Source: a virus (taxonomy: Duplodnaviria; Heunggongvirae; Uroviricota; Caudoviricetes). Taken from it: a stretch of DNA of 14,248 nt. The DNA is taken from IMG/VR virus record IMGVR_UViG_2585427739_000001; one strand, 5' to 3'. Below the pieces are notes generated by a model that saw nothing but the letters and a program-made list of their open reading frames with translations, searched no databases and had not been told where the DNA came from. Position 1 is the stretch's first letter; every line of letters starts with the position of its first letter. Below are positions 1 through 9,670 of this stretch, one piece after another. Both the position numbers and the translations under genes were made by a program.

Positions 1-1130
<1,130 letters not shown>

Positions 1131-1153
<23 letters not shown>

Positions 1154-1418
1154 TTAGCCCAGTTTTCTTCGATGACAAAACGTATACCTGAGGAGGTTCT
1201 TTTCTCTGGTCTTCCATTACACGTCTCATTGTTGCCATAAGTCCGCCGTGCATCAGCATTTCAACAAAGAACGCTGACCGAACACCTGACGACTTAAGCA
1301 TGCCAGAAAATTCACTTGCCAATTCCATTAACTCTGCGATGTTTTCAGGAACTTTTTGGCAGTTATCTTCCTTGTATAAGGAAATCATTCTTTGAAGCTT
1401 TTCTTCTAATTGGTTCAT
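1131..1418 (-). CDS. Hypothetical protein downstream of Rz; reading frame crosses the IS5 terminus at 1153, so the C-terminus is probably truncated or replaced by IS5 sequence
   Basis: ORF from ATG at 1418 (MNQLEEKLQRMISLYKEDNCQKVPENIAELMELASEF...). The last ~7 codons are encoded by IS5 end sequence. No family recognised. Confidence 0.3.
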
Positions 1419-1567
1419 AGCGTCTTTACCTTTTAGAAAGTGAGCCTGTCTCACAGAAAAGCCGCCCCGAGATGGTCGCCACCATATACGGCAGTTCTCA
1501 GGCTCAACTTTCTGAAAGGCTCGGGTGATGTAATATGCGCGTGAGATGCGCTGTGAAATTCAGATGT

Positions 1568-1591
1568 AAAAAAAGCCCCGCATCGCGAGGC
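1568..1591 (-). terminator. Intrinsic terminator downstream of Rz (minus-strand sense)
   Basis: Minus-strand RNA GCCUCGC-GAU-GCGGGGC followed by U7 (plus strand aaaaaaagccccgcatcgcgaggc), about 30 nt after the Rz stop. Confidence 0.6.
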
Positions 1592-1623
1592 TCATTAAAT
1601 GGACTTTGTGATTTGCAAAAAAA

Positions 1624-2082
1624 TTATTTCAGGCATTGCGTCCTGATGTATTCCTGCAGGTAGTTAACCTGCGCGGTTATCTTGTCGATTCCACTTCGGA
1701 GACGGTAATAATTGAGTTCAGCATCTGCTGTAAGTCCTGGGCTTTCTCCATCGCCCATGCCGCTGGCTCCGGTCGTTGACTTTGCACAGGTGGCGGCGAC
1801 TTGCAGGCGCTTACGCCCAGCAGAAACATCAGCACGGAGACTTTCGATAGTCGCGTTAGCATCAGCAAGCTCCTTTGTGTATCTTGCATCGAGCGCAGCA
1901 ACATCACGCTGACGCATCTGCATGTCAGTAATTGCCGCGTTCGCCAGCTTCAGTTCTCTGGCATTTTTGTCGCGCTGGGCTTTGTAGGTAATGGCGTTAT
2001 CACGGTAATGATTAACAGCCCATGACAGGCCGACGATGATGCAGATAACCAGAGCGGAGATAATCGCGGTTACTCTGTTCAT
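1624..2082 (-). CDS. Rz: Rz i-spanin (inner-membrane spanin subunit)
   Basis: Translation [66 protein letters not shown]... is closely similar to lambda Rz. Start overlaps the R stop; the ORF track offers a start 4 codons upstream. Confidence 0.9.
   Translation of the reverse strand: MNRVTAIISALVICIIVGLSWAVNHYRDNAITYKAQRDKNARELKLANAAITDMQMRQRDVAALDARYTKELADANATIESLRADVSAGRKRLQVAATCAKSTTGASGMGDGESPGLTADAELNYYRLRSGIDKITAQVNYLQEYIRTQCLK
1677..1862 (-). CDS. Rz1: Rz1 o-spanin lipoprotein, embedded in the +1 frame of Rz
   Basis: Embedded ORF with a lipoprotein-type signal ([20 protein letters not shown], lipobox VSAC) followed by a proline-rich segment ([13 protein letters not shown]), the classic Rz1 architecture. 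Start chosen at the Met preceding the signal peptide. Confidence 0.7.
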   Translation of the reverse strand: MLTRLSKVSVLMFLLGVSACKSPPPVQSQRPEPAAWAMEKAQDLQQMLNSIITVSEVESTR

Positions 2083-2576
2083 TGCTGACCCCACAAACAG
2101 ATTTCACGCTCAATCTCACGACGAGTCATGAGACCTTTCCATTGCTTACCGCCAGCATATGTCCAGCGACGTAGCTGATCACATGCGCCTTTGATATCGC
2201 CCTGGTTTATTTTGCGAAGAAGCGTCGATGTTCTGAAATTGCCAGCACCCACGTTGTAAACGAATGAGTAAAGAGCGCCGCGCATTGTTTCCGGTATATC
2301 GACTTTGATGTACGGGTTAATTTGTCTGGCGACCGTGGCAAGGTCTTTATTCAGGAGGGCTTTGCATTCTGCTTTGGTATACGTTTTACCGAGCATGATG
2401 TCTTTTCCTGTATGCCCGTGACATACAGTCCATACACCAACAATATCTTTGTATGGTATGTAGCTGGCACCTTCCAGACCATCGTTACCACTTGGGCCAG
2501 TGATTAACACAGATGCTATAGCAATAGCCCCGCCACCAATAGCAGCAGCAACAGCTTTTCGTAATGATGGAGGCAT
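2079..2576 (-). CDS. R: SAR endolysin (phage 21 R-type lysozyme with N-terminal signal-arrest-release domain)
   Basis: 165 aa, [36 protein letters not shown]... then a lysozyme core; near-identical to phage 21 R / DLP12 RrrD as I recall them. Confidence 0.9.
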   Translation of the reverse strand: MPPSLRKAVAAAIGGGAIAIASVLITGPSGNDGLEGASYIPYKDIVGVWTVCHGHTGKDIMLGKTYTKAECKALLNKDLATVARQINPYIKVDIPETMRGALYSFVYNVGAGNFRTSTLLRKINQGDIKGACDQLRRWTYAGGKQWKGLMTRREIEREICLWGQQ

Positions 2577-2791
2577 TATCCACCTCTCGCAGCCTTGCGC
2601 TTATCTTCTTTAATCTTGAAATAAAGGTTTGTCAGGTACGTCAGCAGGCCAAATACCAGGCTACCCAGCACACCTATTGCTGCCCACTGTGAGGGCGTGA
2701 CTTTATCGAGCAGCTGTAAAAACCAGTAACCGGCACTACCTGCTGAGGTGCCATAGGCGACACCCGTTGTTAACTTATCCATGGATTTCAT
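2576..2791 (-). CDS. S: Pinholin S21 (dual-start holin/antiholin: 71 aa from M1, 68 aa from M4)
   Basis: [71 protein letters not shown] matches phage 21 S / DLP12 EssD; stop overlaps the R start. Confidence 0.9.
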
Positions 2792-2913
2792 AACCCCACC
2801 TCGCAGACAAAGCGGGTGTAAATTGAGGGAATACTACGAAACGTAACAGACTCGGAGTCAGTGAATAACTCAGGTATTGGGTTATCAGCTAATATCGAGA
2901 CTCAAAAAATGGA

Positions 2914-2936
2914 AAAACCCGCTCGACGGCGGGTTT
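2914..2936 (-). terminator. Terminator-like hairpin upstream of S on the late-gene strand
   Basis: Plus strand aaaaacccgc-tcgacg-gcgggttt; on the minus strand the stem is followed by UUUUUCCAUUUUUU. Function as a late-transcript attenuator is inferred only. Confidence 0.35.
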
Positions 2937-3363
2937 AAGCTGTGTGACGAAGTAACCACTCTTAACAGCATAACCAATTTTTTACGTACGTAAACCACTA
3001 AATGATATTTGCGAGAATGCTACCGAGTATTGAAAACACCACTACAAATACATAAGCAAATCTCAACAAATAACCAACAAATAATTTCCAGTGTTATTTT
3101 TAGCCAATTTAAATTGAACCTTCAAATTATAGAGCACTTATAAATAACAGCCGTTAATATAAATTGGCTAATAGATTTATTTTTATTCAGCCAAGAGCTA
3201 TGAATAGGATTCGATAGAAAAAAGTTCAGATAAAAATAGAGATCTACTTCACAAATCAAACGAGAAACCAAAACTTACATCTTGAAATAATCACATTGAT
3301 TAGATGAATATTTATCGCGCAGTGACATCATTTTTTAATAATAGTTCAAAAAAAGGGCTCACG

Positions 3364-4461
3364 ATGAAAAAATTAACAGTGGCAATTTCTGCTGTAGCTG
3401 CATCAGTACTGATGGCGATGTCTGCTCAGGCAGCTGAAATTTATAATAAAGACAGTAACAAGCTGGATCTGTACGGGAAAGTTAATGCTAAGCACTACTT
3501 CTCCTCTAATGATGCAGATGATGGTGATACTACTTATGCCCGTCTTGGCTTCAAAGGTGAAACCCAAATCAACGATCAACTGACTGGTTTCGGTCAGTGG
3601 GAATATGAATTCAAAGGCAACCGCGCTGAATCTCAAGGTTCCTCCAAAGATAAAACCCGTCTTGCCTTCGCTGGCCTGAAATTCGGTGACTACGGCTCCA
3701 TCGATTACGGCCGTAACTACGGTGTAGCATACGACATCGGTGCGTGGACTGACGTTCTGCCAGAATTCGGTGGTGACACTTGGACTCAAACCGACGTGTT
3801 CATGACTCAACGTGCAACTGGTGTTGCAACCTATCGTAACAACGACTTCTTTGGTCTGGTTGATGGTCTGAACTTTGCTGCTCAGTACCAAGGCAAAAAC
3901 GATCGTAGCGATTTCGATAACTACACTGAAGGTAACGGTGATGGCTTCGGTTTCTCTGCTACCTATGAATACGAAGGATTCGGTATCGGTGCAACTTATG
4001 CGAAATCTGATCGTACCGACACTCAAGTTAATGCAGGGAAAGTTCTTCCTGAAGTATTTGCTTCCGGTAAAAATGCAGAAGTTTGGGCCGCAGGTCTGAA
4101 ATATGACGCTAACAACATTTACCTGGCCACTACCTATTCTGAAACCCAGAATATGACTGTATTTGCTGATCACTTCGTTGCTAATAAAGCCCAAAACTTC
4201 GAAGCTGTTGCACAATATCAGTTCGATTTCGGTCTGCGTCCGTCCGTTGCTTACCTGCAATCTAAAGGTAAGGATCTTGGAGTATGGGGCGATCAGGACT
4301 TAGTCAAATATGTTGATGTAGGTGCAACCTATTACTTCAACAAAAATATGTCTACTTTCGTTGATTACAAAATCAACCTGCTTGACAAAAATGACTTCAC
4401 TAAAGCACTCGGTGTAAGCACTGATGACATCGTTGCTGTAGGTCTGGTTTACCAGTTCTAA
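3364..4461 (+). CDS. nmpC: Outer-membrane general porin, NmpC/Lc/OmpD family (prophage moron, apparently intact)
   Basis: 365 aa with signal peptide [23 protein letters not shown]|AEIYNKD, porin-typical beta-strand repeats and C-terminal ...VGLVYQF. Encoded between Q and S on the opposite strand, as in DLP12 and phage PA-2. The ORF-track start at 3304 is an upstream extension. Confidence 0.88.
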   Translation: MKKLTVAISAVAASVLMAMSAQAAEIYNKDSNKLDLYGKVNAKHYFSSNDADDGDTTYARLGFKGETQINDQLTGFGQWEYEFKGNRAESQGSSKDKTRLAFAGLKFGDYGSIDYGRNYGVAYDIGAWTDVLPEFGGDTWTQTDVFMTQRATGVATYRNNDFFGLVDGLNFAAQYQGKNDRSDFDNYTEGNGDGFGFSATYEYEGFGIGATYAKSDRTDTQVNAGKVLPEVFASGKNAEVWAAGLKYDANNIYLATTYSETQNMTVFADHFVANKAQNFEAVAQYQFDFGLRPSVAYLQSKGKDLGVWGDQDLVKYVDVGATYYFNKNMSTFVDYKINLLDKNDFTKALGVSTDDIVAVGLVYQF

Positions 4462-4471
4462 TCTGATTACG

Positions 4472-4511
4472 AAAAAGATATGTTGCGGGAGGCATTGCCT
4501 CCCCAACATAT
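4472..4511 (-). terminator. Long hairpin plus U-run on the minus strand immediately past the nmpC stop; candidate late-operon early terminator (tR'-like)
   Basis: Imperfect palindrome atatgttgcgggaggcattgcctccccaacatat (4477-4511) preceded on the plus strand by aaaaa, which reads as stem plus CUUUUU on the minus strand. Confidence 0.4.
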
Positions 4512-4592
4512 AAGTGGCTCCCTCAAGCCACTTCCTTTAGAAGCACAACCTTGCTTCTAACTATATAAACCTTCTGTTATATATTACCCTTT

Positions 4593-4623
4593 ATTTTTGG
4601 GGGCGTCTCAACGCCCCATTTTT
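4593..4623 (+). terminator. Hairpin with flanking T-runs between convergent nmpC and Q; candidate nmpC terminator
   Basis: tttttgggggcgt-ctca-acgcccc-attttt: GC-rich stem followed by a T-run on the plus strand. Confidence 0.45.
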
Positions 4624-4650
4624 AATAATTTTTAGTAAACAATTGGCATA

Positions 4651-5034
4651 TTAATTAGAGTTATTAACAACGATATCCATCTCTAACCGGATATCTAATG
4701 CCATTAACATCCCTTCAATTATGCCCTCAGCCTTCTGTAACCTTTTCCCGATATAACCATCAGAGCAGCAATGCTTACCTGCCAGTGACATGAATGTCAT
4801 ACCGACTACATAATAATCTACTAATAAATCGTGCAAATCGCTGTTGTTCTTTTTCAGACGGGCCATGCACCCGCAAATAATCATCGCGTCATCGTCACAA
4901 CATTGCGGGCGAGATTTTACTTTTGAAGTAATTAATCCCTTAAAACCGGCGGCAATGGACGACCAGGTCACATCTTCATGATTATTAGCCGCCCACGCTC
5001 CCCAACGCTCAAGAACCATCTGAATATCACGCAT
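4651..5034 (-). CDS. Q: Late-gene antiterminator Q (phage 21/DLP12 QuuD type)
   Basis: 127 aa from [26 protein letters not shown]... with Cys-rich zinc-binding region ([16 protein letters not shown]); matches Q21/QuuD as recalled. The ORF track adds 5 upstream codons. Confidence 0.88.
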   Translation of the reverse strand: MRDIQMVLERWGAWAANNHEDVTWSSIAAGFKGLITSKVKSRPQCCDDDAMIICGCMARLKKNNSDLHDLLVDYYVVGMTFMSLAGKHCCSDGYIGKRLQKAEGIIEGMLMALDIRLEMDIVVNNSN

Positions 5035-5119
5035 CAACTTACTCCACAAAAATCAGACCAGAACGCCAATTACAAGCAAAAATCAACAAAACAGTATTAG
5101 TTGATTGTTATCTCTGACT

Positions 5120-5260
5120 TCATACTCCTGCTCCTGTCAGGGTTTTGGCGTAATTCTTCAGTATTCGGTAATCGGTCAAAACAGAACCGGGGAAACGATA
5201 TAAGCGCAGACGCCCCCAGCGGTGGCGAAGAAGTTCTGCCATATTAAACTCAAACATCAT
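5120..5260 (-). CDS. ylcG: Small protein YlcG-like (46 aa)
   Basis: Hand-translated [49 protein letters not shown] between rusA and Q; the ATG overlaps the rusA stop (ATGA). Absent from the ORF track because it is under 60 aa. Confidence 0.5.
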   Translation of the reverse strand: MMFEFNMAELLRHRWGRLRLYRFPGSVLTDYRILKNYAKTLTGAGV

Positions 5261-5619
5261 TCATTCCCCATTTCGGTGATGGTCAGTTCCAGCCTCCCAC
5301 CTTTGGTAACAGGCATCTTCACAACGCGGTAATCAACGACCTGAGCATCATCCAGCCAGAAACCTGCTTTAGTGAGTGCGTCAAAAGCGGCTTTTTGCAG
5401 ATTATCCAGGTCACGGCGACGGCGATCCGGCATGTGGCACTCAATGCGGATTTTCACAGGCATAGCCAGGCCGATATCCAGCATTGCGTTTTTAATGATT
5501 CGGGCGACGTTATCGCGGTATGCCTGCCCCTCTGCGCTGACGTGCGTGCGCCCGCGATTATGGCGGTAATAGCGATTATTGCTCGGAGGCCAGGGTAATG
5601 TGATGCTGTAGGTATTCAC
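5257..5619 (-). CDS. rusA: Holliday-junction resolvase RusA
   Basis: 120 aa [50 protein letters not shown]... matches RusA as recalled. Apparent GTG start overlapping the upstream TGA. Confidence 0.9.
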   Translation of the reverse strand: MNTYSITLPWPPSNNRYYRHNRGRTHVSAEGQAYRDNVARIIKNAMLDIGLAMPVKIRIECHMPDRRRRDLDNLQKAAFDALTKAGFWLDDAQVVDYRVVKMPVTKGGRLELTITEMGNE

Positions 5620-5744
5620 GCCTTAATAACCCCCTCTTTCAGCCAGATAACCTGTGTTCTCGCCATACCTTCCAGCGCGCATTCTTTTGCATATGCAGCA
5701 TCGACTTGCTTGGCATGCCCTTTACCGGCAATCTTCTGTATGCG
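5616..5744 (-). pseudogene. ybcO: 3' remnant of a ybcO-like nin-region gene (about 42 codons, no start codon, in-frame stop immediately upstream)
   Basis: Hand translation of the minus strand gives ...[42 protein letters not shown], resembling the C-terminus of DLP12 YbcO as I recall it. The frame is closed by TAG just upstream. Confidence 0.35.
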
Positions 5745-5825
5745 CTAAACCTAGATAGAATCCACTCTGTGCACATTGAAGCCCGCTCTATGCTTCCTTT
5801 CAGGTATTGAAGGGATTGAGATGGG

Positions 5826-6173
5826 CTAAGCATTATTGGCCTCCTGCATCAGGAGAAAGACAATCATGGCGGCGCGGAGAGGTCTGGTATCAAATATTGG
5901 GCTTACGCCTTTTGCATCCACACACCATTCAGTTAACTGGTCTAAGATAGAAATCCTGTATTTCTCAATAATCGGCCATGAAGCGCTCGGATCATTGCAG
6001 TAGTCAGGCAAAGGGTTTAATGGCTCAAGACTTACATCGGCATTTCCGTAATACCATTTGTTGGTGTTATTCCCTGATGTTTCAGGCTTACATGCCCAAA
6101 GGCCTTTAAAAATTATGTCTCCTACCATTCGGTTAATTTCAAAATCACTTAACTGTGAATAATCCATTGTCAT
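5826..6173 (-). CDS. Hypothetical nin-region phage protein (about 115 aa)
   Basis: [55 protein letters not shown]... with GAGGA upstream; the ATG overlaps the upstream gene stop (ATGA). Family not recognised with certainty. Confidence 0.55.
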   Translation of the reverse strand: MTMDYSQLSDFEINRMVGDIIFKGLWACKPETSGNNTNKWYYGNADVSLEPLNPLPDYCNDPSASWPIIEKYRISILDQLTEWCVDAKGVSPIFDTRPLRAAMIVFLLMQEANNA

Positions 6174-6346
6174 TTCCTCGCACGATGTCTTAGCCACCGG
6201 ATATCCCACAGGTGAGCCGTGTAGTTGAAGGTTTTTACGTCAGATTCTTTTGGGATTGGCTTGCGTTTATTTCTGGAGCGTTTCGTTGGAAGGTATTTGC
6301 AGTTTTCGCAGATTATGTCGGTGATGCTTCGTCGCTGTCGTCTCAT
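6170..6346 (-). CDS. ninE: Small basic Cys-containing nin-region protein (NinE-like, 58 aa)
   Basis: [58 protein letters not shown]; start ATG overlaps the methyltransferase stop (ATGA). The NinE assignment is from memory and tentative. Confidence 0.45.
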   Translation of the reverse strand: MRRQRRSITDIICENCKYLPTKRSRNKRKPIPKESDVKTFNYTAHLWDIRWLRHRARK

Positions 6347-6870
6347 GCAGCCCTCCTGACGCCCTGCCCGATCGCCATCAATGCCGCTTTGGATACGGTA
6401 GTAAACATCCGTCGAGGACTGATGAACGGTCGCCAAATCAGCAGCATGGAGCCTTTGCTGTTTCCCTTCTTCTCCAGCCCTGTCGATGGTTCGATAAAAT
6501 TAATCCGTCCATCAGTGATAATACGAACTTCGTCAACACTCTCCAGAGCCTTGCTGAACCATCCGACAGACATATCCTCTGGCACAAGCATCACTACCGT
6601 CTGTCGCTGTTGTATACACTGCTCAGCGGCTTTTTCCACCCACGGCCTGATATTGCTGTACGGTGGGTTATTCCAGATTGCACCGTGGCTTACCCACTCA
6701 GAATTGAGCGCGTCGTCGTCCTCAGTTAGCCAGTGAGCGCACAGAGCATTTTTGTCGCTCGCTGCCGAATCCAGCCAGAATCCAAACTCAATATCCAGTG
6801 CATCAAAAAGCCAAAGCGGCGTTTGCCAGCAGTCCTTGTCGTGTGCTGGCGTATTTGATTTGATAGTCAT
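6343..6870 (-). CDS. Phage orphan DNA N6-adenine methyltransferase (phage Dam family)
   Basis: 175 aa [41 protein letters not shown]...IWNNPPYSN...: a DCWQTP N-terminal motif and an NPPY catalytic motif typical of phage N6-adenine methyltransferases. ATG overlaps the ninB stop. Confidence 0.75.
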   Translation of the reverse strand: MTIKSNTPAHDKDCWQTPLWLFDALDIEFGFWLDSAASDKNALCAHWLTEDDDALNSEWVSHGAIWNNPPYSNIRPWVEKAAEQCIQQRQTVVMLVPEDMSVGWFSKALESVDEVRIITDGRINFIEPSTGLEKKGNSKGSMLLIWRPFISPRRMFTTVSKAALMAIGQGVRRAA

Positions 6871-7307
6871 GCAGCCCGATCTCCCCATCGCGCTTTCCAT
6901 TCGAGAGCTAGTCGCGCTTCGTCTGACCACTTAACGCCACGCTCTGTACCGAATGCCTGTATAAGCTCTAATAGCTCCGCAAATTCGCTTACACGCATCC
7001 TGCTGGTTGACTGACCTATTACCACAAAGCCATTCCCGGCAAGGTTAGGAACAACATCCTGCTGCTTTAATGCTGCGGTAAACACACACTTCCAGCTTTC
7101 TGCATCCAGCCAGCGACCATGCCATTCAACCTGACGAGAGACGTCACCTAAGCAGGCCCATAGCTTCCTGTTTTGGTCTAAGCTGCGGTTGCGTTCCTGA
7201 ATGGTTACTACGATTGGTTTGGTTGGGTCTGGAAGGATTTGCTGTACTGCGTGAATAGCGTTTTGCTGATGTGCTGGAGATCGAATTTCAAAGGTTAGTT
7301 TTTTCAT
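6867..7307 (-). CDS. ninB: NinB (Orf-family recombination mediator)
   Basis: 146 aa MKKLTFEIRSPAHQQNAIHAVQQILPDPTKPIVVTIQERNRSLDQNRKLWA... essentially identical to lambda NinB as recalled. Confidence 0.92.
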   Translation of the reverse strand: MKKLTFEIRSPAHQQNAIHAVQQILPDPTKPIVVTIQERNRSLDQNRKLWACLGDVSRQVEWHGRWLDAESWKCVFTAALKQQDVVPNLAGNGFVVIGQSTSRMRVSEFAELLELIQAFGTERGVKWSDEARLALEWKARWGDRAA

Positions 7308-7323
7308 GACTTCCCTCTCCCCC

Positions 7324-7354
7324 AAATAAAAAGGCCTGCGATTACCAGCAGGCC
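7324..7354 (-). terminator. Intrinsic terminator between ren and ninB (lambda tR2 position)
   Basis: Stem ggcctgc / gcaggcc with an 8-nt loop, followed on the minus strand by a U-run (plus strand ataaaaa). Confidence 0.65.
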
Positions 7355-7380
7355 TGTTATTAGCTCAGTAATGTAGATGG

Positions 7381-7671
7381 TCATCTTTTAACTCCATATA
7401 CCGCCAATACCCGTTTCATCGCGGCACTCTGGCGACACTCCTTAAAAACCAGGTTCGTGCTCATCTTTCCTTCCCGTTCTTCCCTGGTAGCAAACCGGTA
7501 ATACACCGTTCGCCAGACCTTACCTTCGATAACCAGAAGACCTGCCCGTGCCATTTTAGCCGCGGCCTGATTTATGCTGGTTACTGTTGCGCCTGTTAGC
7601 GCGGCAACGTCCGGCGCACAGAAGCTATTATGCGTCCCCAGGTAATGAATAATTGCCTCTTTGCCCGTCAT
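7381..7671 (-). CDS. ren: Ren protein
   Basis: 96 aa MTGKEAIIHYLGTHNSFCAPDVAALTGATVTSINQAAAKMARAG... matches lambda Ren as recalled. Confidence 0.92.
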   Translation of the reverse strand: MTGKEAIIHYLGTHNSFCAPDVAALTGATVTSINQAAAKMARAGLLVIEGKVWRTVYYRFATREEREGKMSTNLVFKECRQSAAMKRVLAVYGVKR

Positions 7672-8369
7672 ACACTTGCTCCTTTCAGTCCGAACTTAGC
7701 TTTAATTTCTGCGATCTTCGCCAGAGCCTGTGCACGATTTAGAGGTCTACCGCCCATAACAGGAAGTTGTTTTACTGGTTCAGGTATCGTCTCACCACGG
7801 TTAATTCGCGCTGTCATACAGGTCAGTTCATCGGCAGCCTTGCGCCGTAATTCCGCATCAGTAAGCGCATTGGCCCGCATGTTCTGATACAGGTTGGTAA
7901 CCAGCCAGTAGTGCGCGTTTGATTTCCACGGATAAGACTCCGCATCCGGATACAGGCCTCGCTTCCGGCAATACTCGTAAACCATATCAACCAGCTCGCT
8001 GACGTTTGGCAGTCCGGCGATAACGGATGCTTCTTCCCGGCACCATGCAACAAACTGCCCGGGTGATGGCAGAAATGGTCGATTCTGCCGACGGGCTACG
8101 CGCATTCCTGCGTTAACCTGTTCCATTGTGGTGATCCCGTTTTCCCGGAAAGCCAGAACCCACTGGCGGCGGATTTCGTTCAGTTCGTTCTGGTCACGGT
8201 TAGCCAGACTCGCCGGGAAAGTTGCCAGTAACTGGCTGAACACACCGTTGATGATCTGCGCTACCTGCTGTACCTGTGGCTTTTCGTCGTACTGTTCCGG
8301 CATGTTGTTGGCGATCCGACGCATCTGCTCACGGTCAAAGTTAACCATCTGTGCGGCGATGTTTTTCAT
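7668..8369 (-). CDS. P: Replication protein P (DnaB helicase loader)
   Basis: 233 aa MKNIAAQMVNFDREQMRRIANNMPEQYDEKPQVQQVAQIINGVF... matches lambda P as recalled. Confidence 0.93.
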   Translation of the reverse strand: MKNIAAQMVNFDREQMRRIANNMPEQYDEKPQVQQVAQIINGVFSQLLATFPASLANRDQNELNEIRRQWVLAFRENGITTMEQVNAGMRVARRQNRPFLPSPGQFVAWCREEASVIAGLPNVSELVDMVYEYCRKRGLYPDAESYPWKSNAHYWLVTNLYQNMRANALTDAELRRKAADELTCMTARINRGETIPEPVKQLPVMGGRPLNRAQALAKIAEIKAKFGLKGASV

Positions 8370-9265
8370 AGATCCACCCCGTAAATCCAGTCAGTGTTTG
8401 TCAGGTCGAGTTTTGGTTTTCCGGCTGTCACGCCAGCCTGTTGCTTGTTACGGTTGATTTCGAGCTGGGTCCACTTGTCGCGGAGTTTGGCCGGACTCAG
8501 CACGTTACCGGACCAGAAGTTGTCCTGGCAGGCCCAGCGGAAAAGCACACACATATCGCGGTGGTTACGTCCGTCACGTTCACGCATCAGGCGGATATCG
8601 TTAGCCCACCCAGCAAAATTCGGTTTTCTGGCTGATGGCGCGATGGTCTTCACCATGTCAAACATCCACTCTGCGGCGGTCAGGTCTTCTGCTGTTCCCC
8701 ACTTGCTGCCGCTCTGAATTGCAGCATCCGGTTTCACCACAGAAAGGTCGTTTTCTGGCTGGTCAGAGGATTCGCCAGAATTCTCGGACGAATAATCTTT
8801 TCTTTTTTCTTTTGTAATAGTGTCTTTTGTGTCCCCCTGTTTTGAGGGATAGCAATCCCCCAATTTGAGGGATGTTTTATCCCTCGTTTTAGGGGATTTT
8901 CCCTCGTTTTGAGGGATACACCATTCTGAGATGTTTTTATTTGGTCCAAACATGCCGCCTTGCTGCTTGATAATATTCATTCTGACGAGTTCTAACTTGG
9001 CTTCATTGCACCGTTTGACAGGTAACTTTGTAATCTCGCTAAGTTGAGAATCGGTGATTCTGTCCATTGGTTTATTCCACCCATAGGTTTTACGCAGAAT
9101 GGCAAGCAGCACTTTAAACTGTCGCTTGGTCAGATCTGCGCCCGAATAAGCCTCAAGCAGCATATTTGATAGTCTGGCGTAACCATCATCGAGATCTGCC
9201 ACATTACGCTCCTGTCCGGCAAAGTTACCTCTGCCGAAGTTGAGTATTTTTGCTGTATTTGTCAT
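8366..9265 (-). CDS. O: Replication initiator O
   Basis: 299 aa MTNTAKILNFGRGNFAGQERNVADLDDGYARLSNMLLEAYSGADLTKRQFK... matches lambda O; contains the ori iterons. Confidence 0.93.
   Translation of the reverse strand: MTNTAKILNFGRGNFAGQERNVADLDDGYARLSNMLLEAYSGADLTKRQFKVLLAILRKTYGWNKPMDRITDSQLSEITKLPVKRCNEAKLELVRMNIIKQQGGMFGPNKNISEWCIPQNEGKSPKTRDKTSLKLGDCYPSKQGDTKDTITKEKRKDYSSENSGESSDQPENDLSVVKPDAAIQSGSKWGTAEDLTAAEWMFDMVKTIAPSARKPNFAGWANDIRLMRERDGRNHRDMCVLFRWACQDNFWSGNVLSPAKLRDKWTQLEINRNKQQAGVTAGKPKLDLTNTDWIYGVDL
8786..8918. repeat. ori: Origin of replication (ori-lambda type): four ~19-bp iterons plus adjacent AT-rich region, inside the O gene
   Basis: Four direct repeats of the tccctc-gtttt-gagggat type at about 8833-8850, 8855-8873, 8879-8897 and 8900-8918, with an AT-rich stretch at about 8790-8830. 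Confidence 0.9.
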
Positions 9266-9274
9266 AATGACTCC

Positions 9275-9351
9275 TGTTGATAGATCCAGTAATGACCTCA
9301 GAACTCCATCTGGATTTGTTCAGAACGCTCGGTTGCCGCCGGGCGTTTTTT
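9275..9351 (+). ncRNA. oop: oop antisense RNA (overlaps the cII 3' end), ending in an intrinsic terminator
   Basis: gttgatagatccagtaatgacctcagaactccatctggatttgttcagaacgctcggttgccgccgggcgtttttt matches lambda oop RNA as recalled; GC stem plus T-run at 9331-9352. Confidence 0.75.
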
Positions 9352-9591
9352 ATTGGTGAGAATCGCAGCAACTTGTCGCGCCAATCGAGCCATGTCGTCG
9401 TCAACGACCCCCCATTCAAGAACAGCAAGCAGCATTGAGAACTTGGGAATCCAGTCTCTCTTCCACCTGCTGATCTGCGACTTATCAACTCCCACAGCTT
9501 CCGCTGTCTTCTCAGTTCCAAGCATTGCGATTTTGTTAAGCAACGCACTCTCGATTCGTAGTGCCTCGTTGCGTTTGTTTGCACGAACCAT
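9298..9591 (-). CDS. cII: Transcriptional activator CII
   Basis: 97 aa MVRANKRNEALRIESALLNKIAMLGTEKTAEAVGVDKSQISRWKRDWIPKFSMLLAVLEWGVVDDDMARLARQVAAILTNKKRPAATERSEQIQMEF. The ORF track adds an upstream extension. Confidence 0.93.
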   Translation of the reverse strand: MVRANKRNEALRIESALLNKIAMLGTEKTAEAVGVDKSQISRWKRDWIPKFSMLLAVLEWGVVDDDMARLARQVAAILTNKKRPAATERSEQIQMEF

Positions 9592-9670
9592 ATGTAAGTA
9601 TTTCCTTAGATAACAATTGATTGAATGTATGCAAATAAATGCATACACCATAGGTGTGGTTTAATTGGAT

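Noticed and set aside
1154-1623. Bor-like lipoprotein gene on the strand opposite the lysis genes, as in lambda and DLP12
   Set aside because: No plus-strand ORF with a lipoprotein signal of adequate length is present here.
2792-3303. Possible tRNA genes between Q and S, as in Stx-type lambdoid phages
   Set aside because: No cloverleaf-compatible sequence with conserved tRNA features noticed by eye in either intergenic region; a tRNAscan-SE run would be the definitive check.
3304-3363. Upstream in-frame extension of the porin ORF ([20 protein letters not shown])
   Set aside because: The signal peptide begins at MKKLTV (3364); the extension would place 20 residues before the signal sequence.
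3403-4260. 285-aa minus-strand ORF
   Set aside because: Entirely antisense to the well-supported porin gene; low-complexity translation with no signal of a real protein. Shadow ORF.
6212-6736. 174-aa plus-strand ORF
   Set aside because: Antisense to the methyltransferase and NinE-like genes, which have strong motif and coupling support.
7630-8717. Several 60-110-aa ORFs on the plus strand and in alternative minus frames within P and O
   Set aside because: Overlap the lambda-like P and O genes; no start context or recognisable products.
8832-8918. Four regularly spaced ~19-bp direct repeats that could be read as a small CRISPR array
   Set aside because: They lie inside the O reading frame, are adjacent to an AT-rich stretch and match the ori-lambda iteron pattern; the intervening segments are only a few bp, not spacers.
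9225-9584. 119-aa minus-strand ORF overlapping the cII/O junction
   Set aside because: Alternative frame of cII and O; the region is fully explained by cII, O and the oop RNA.
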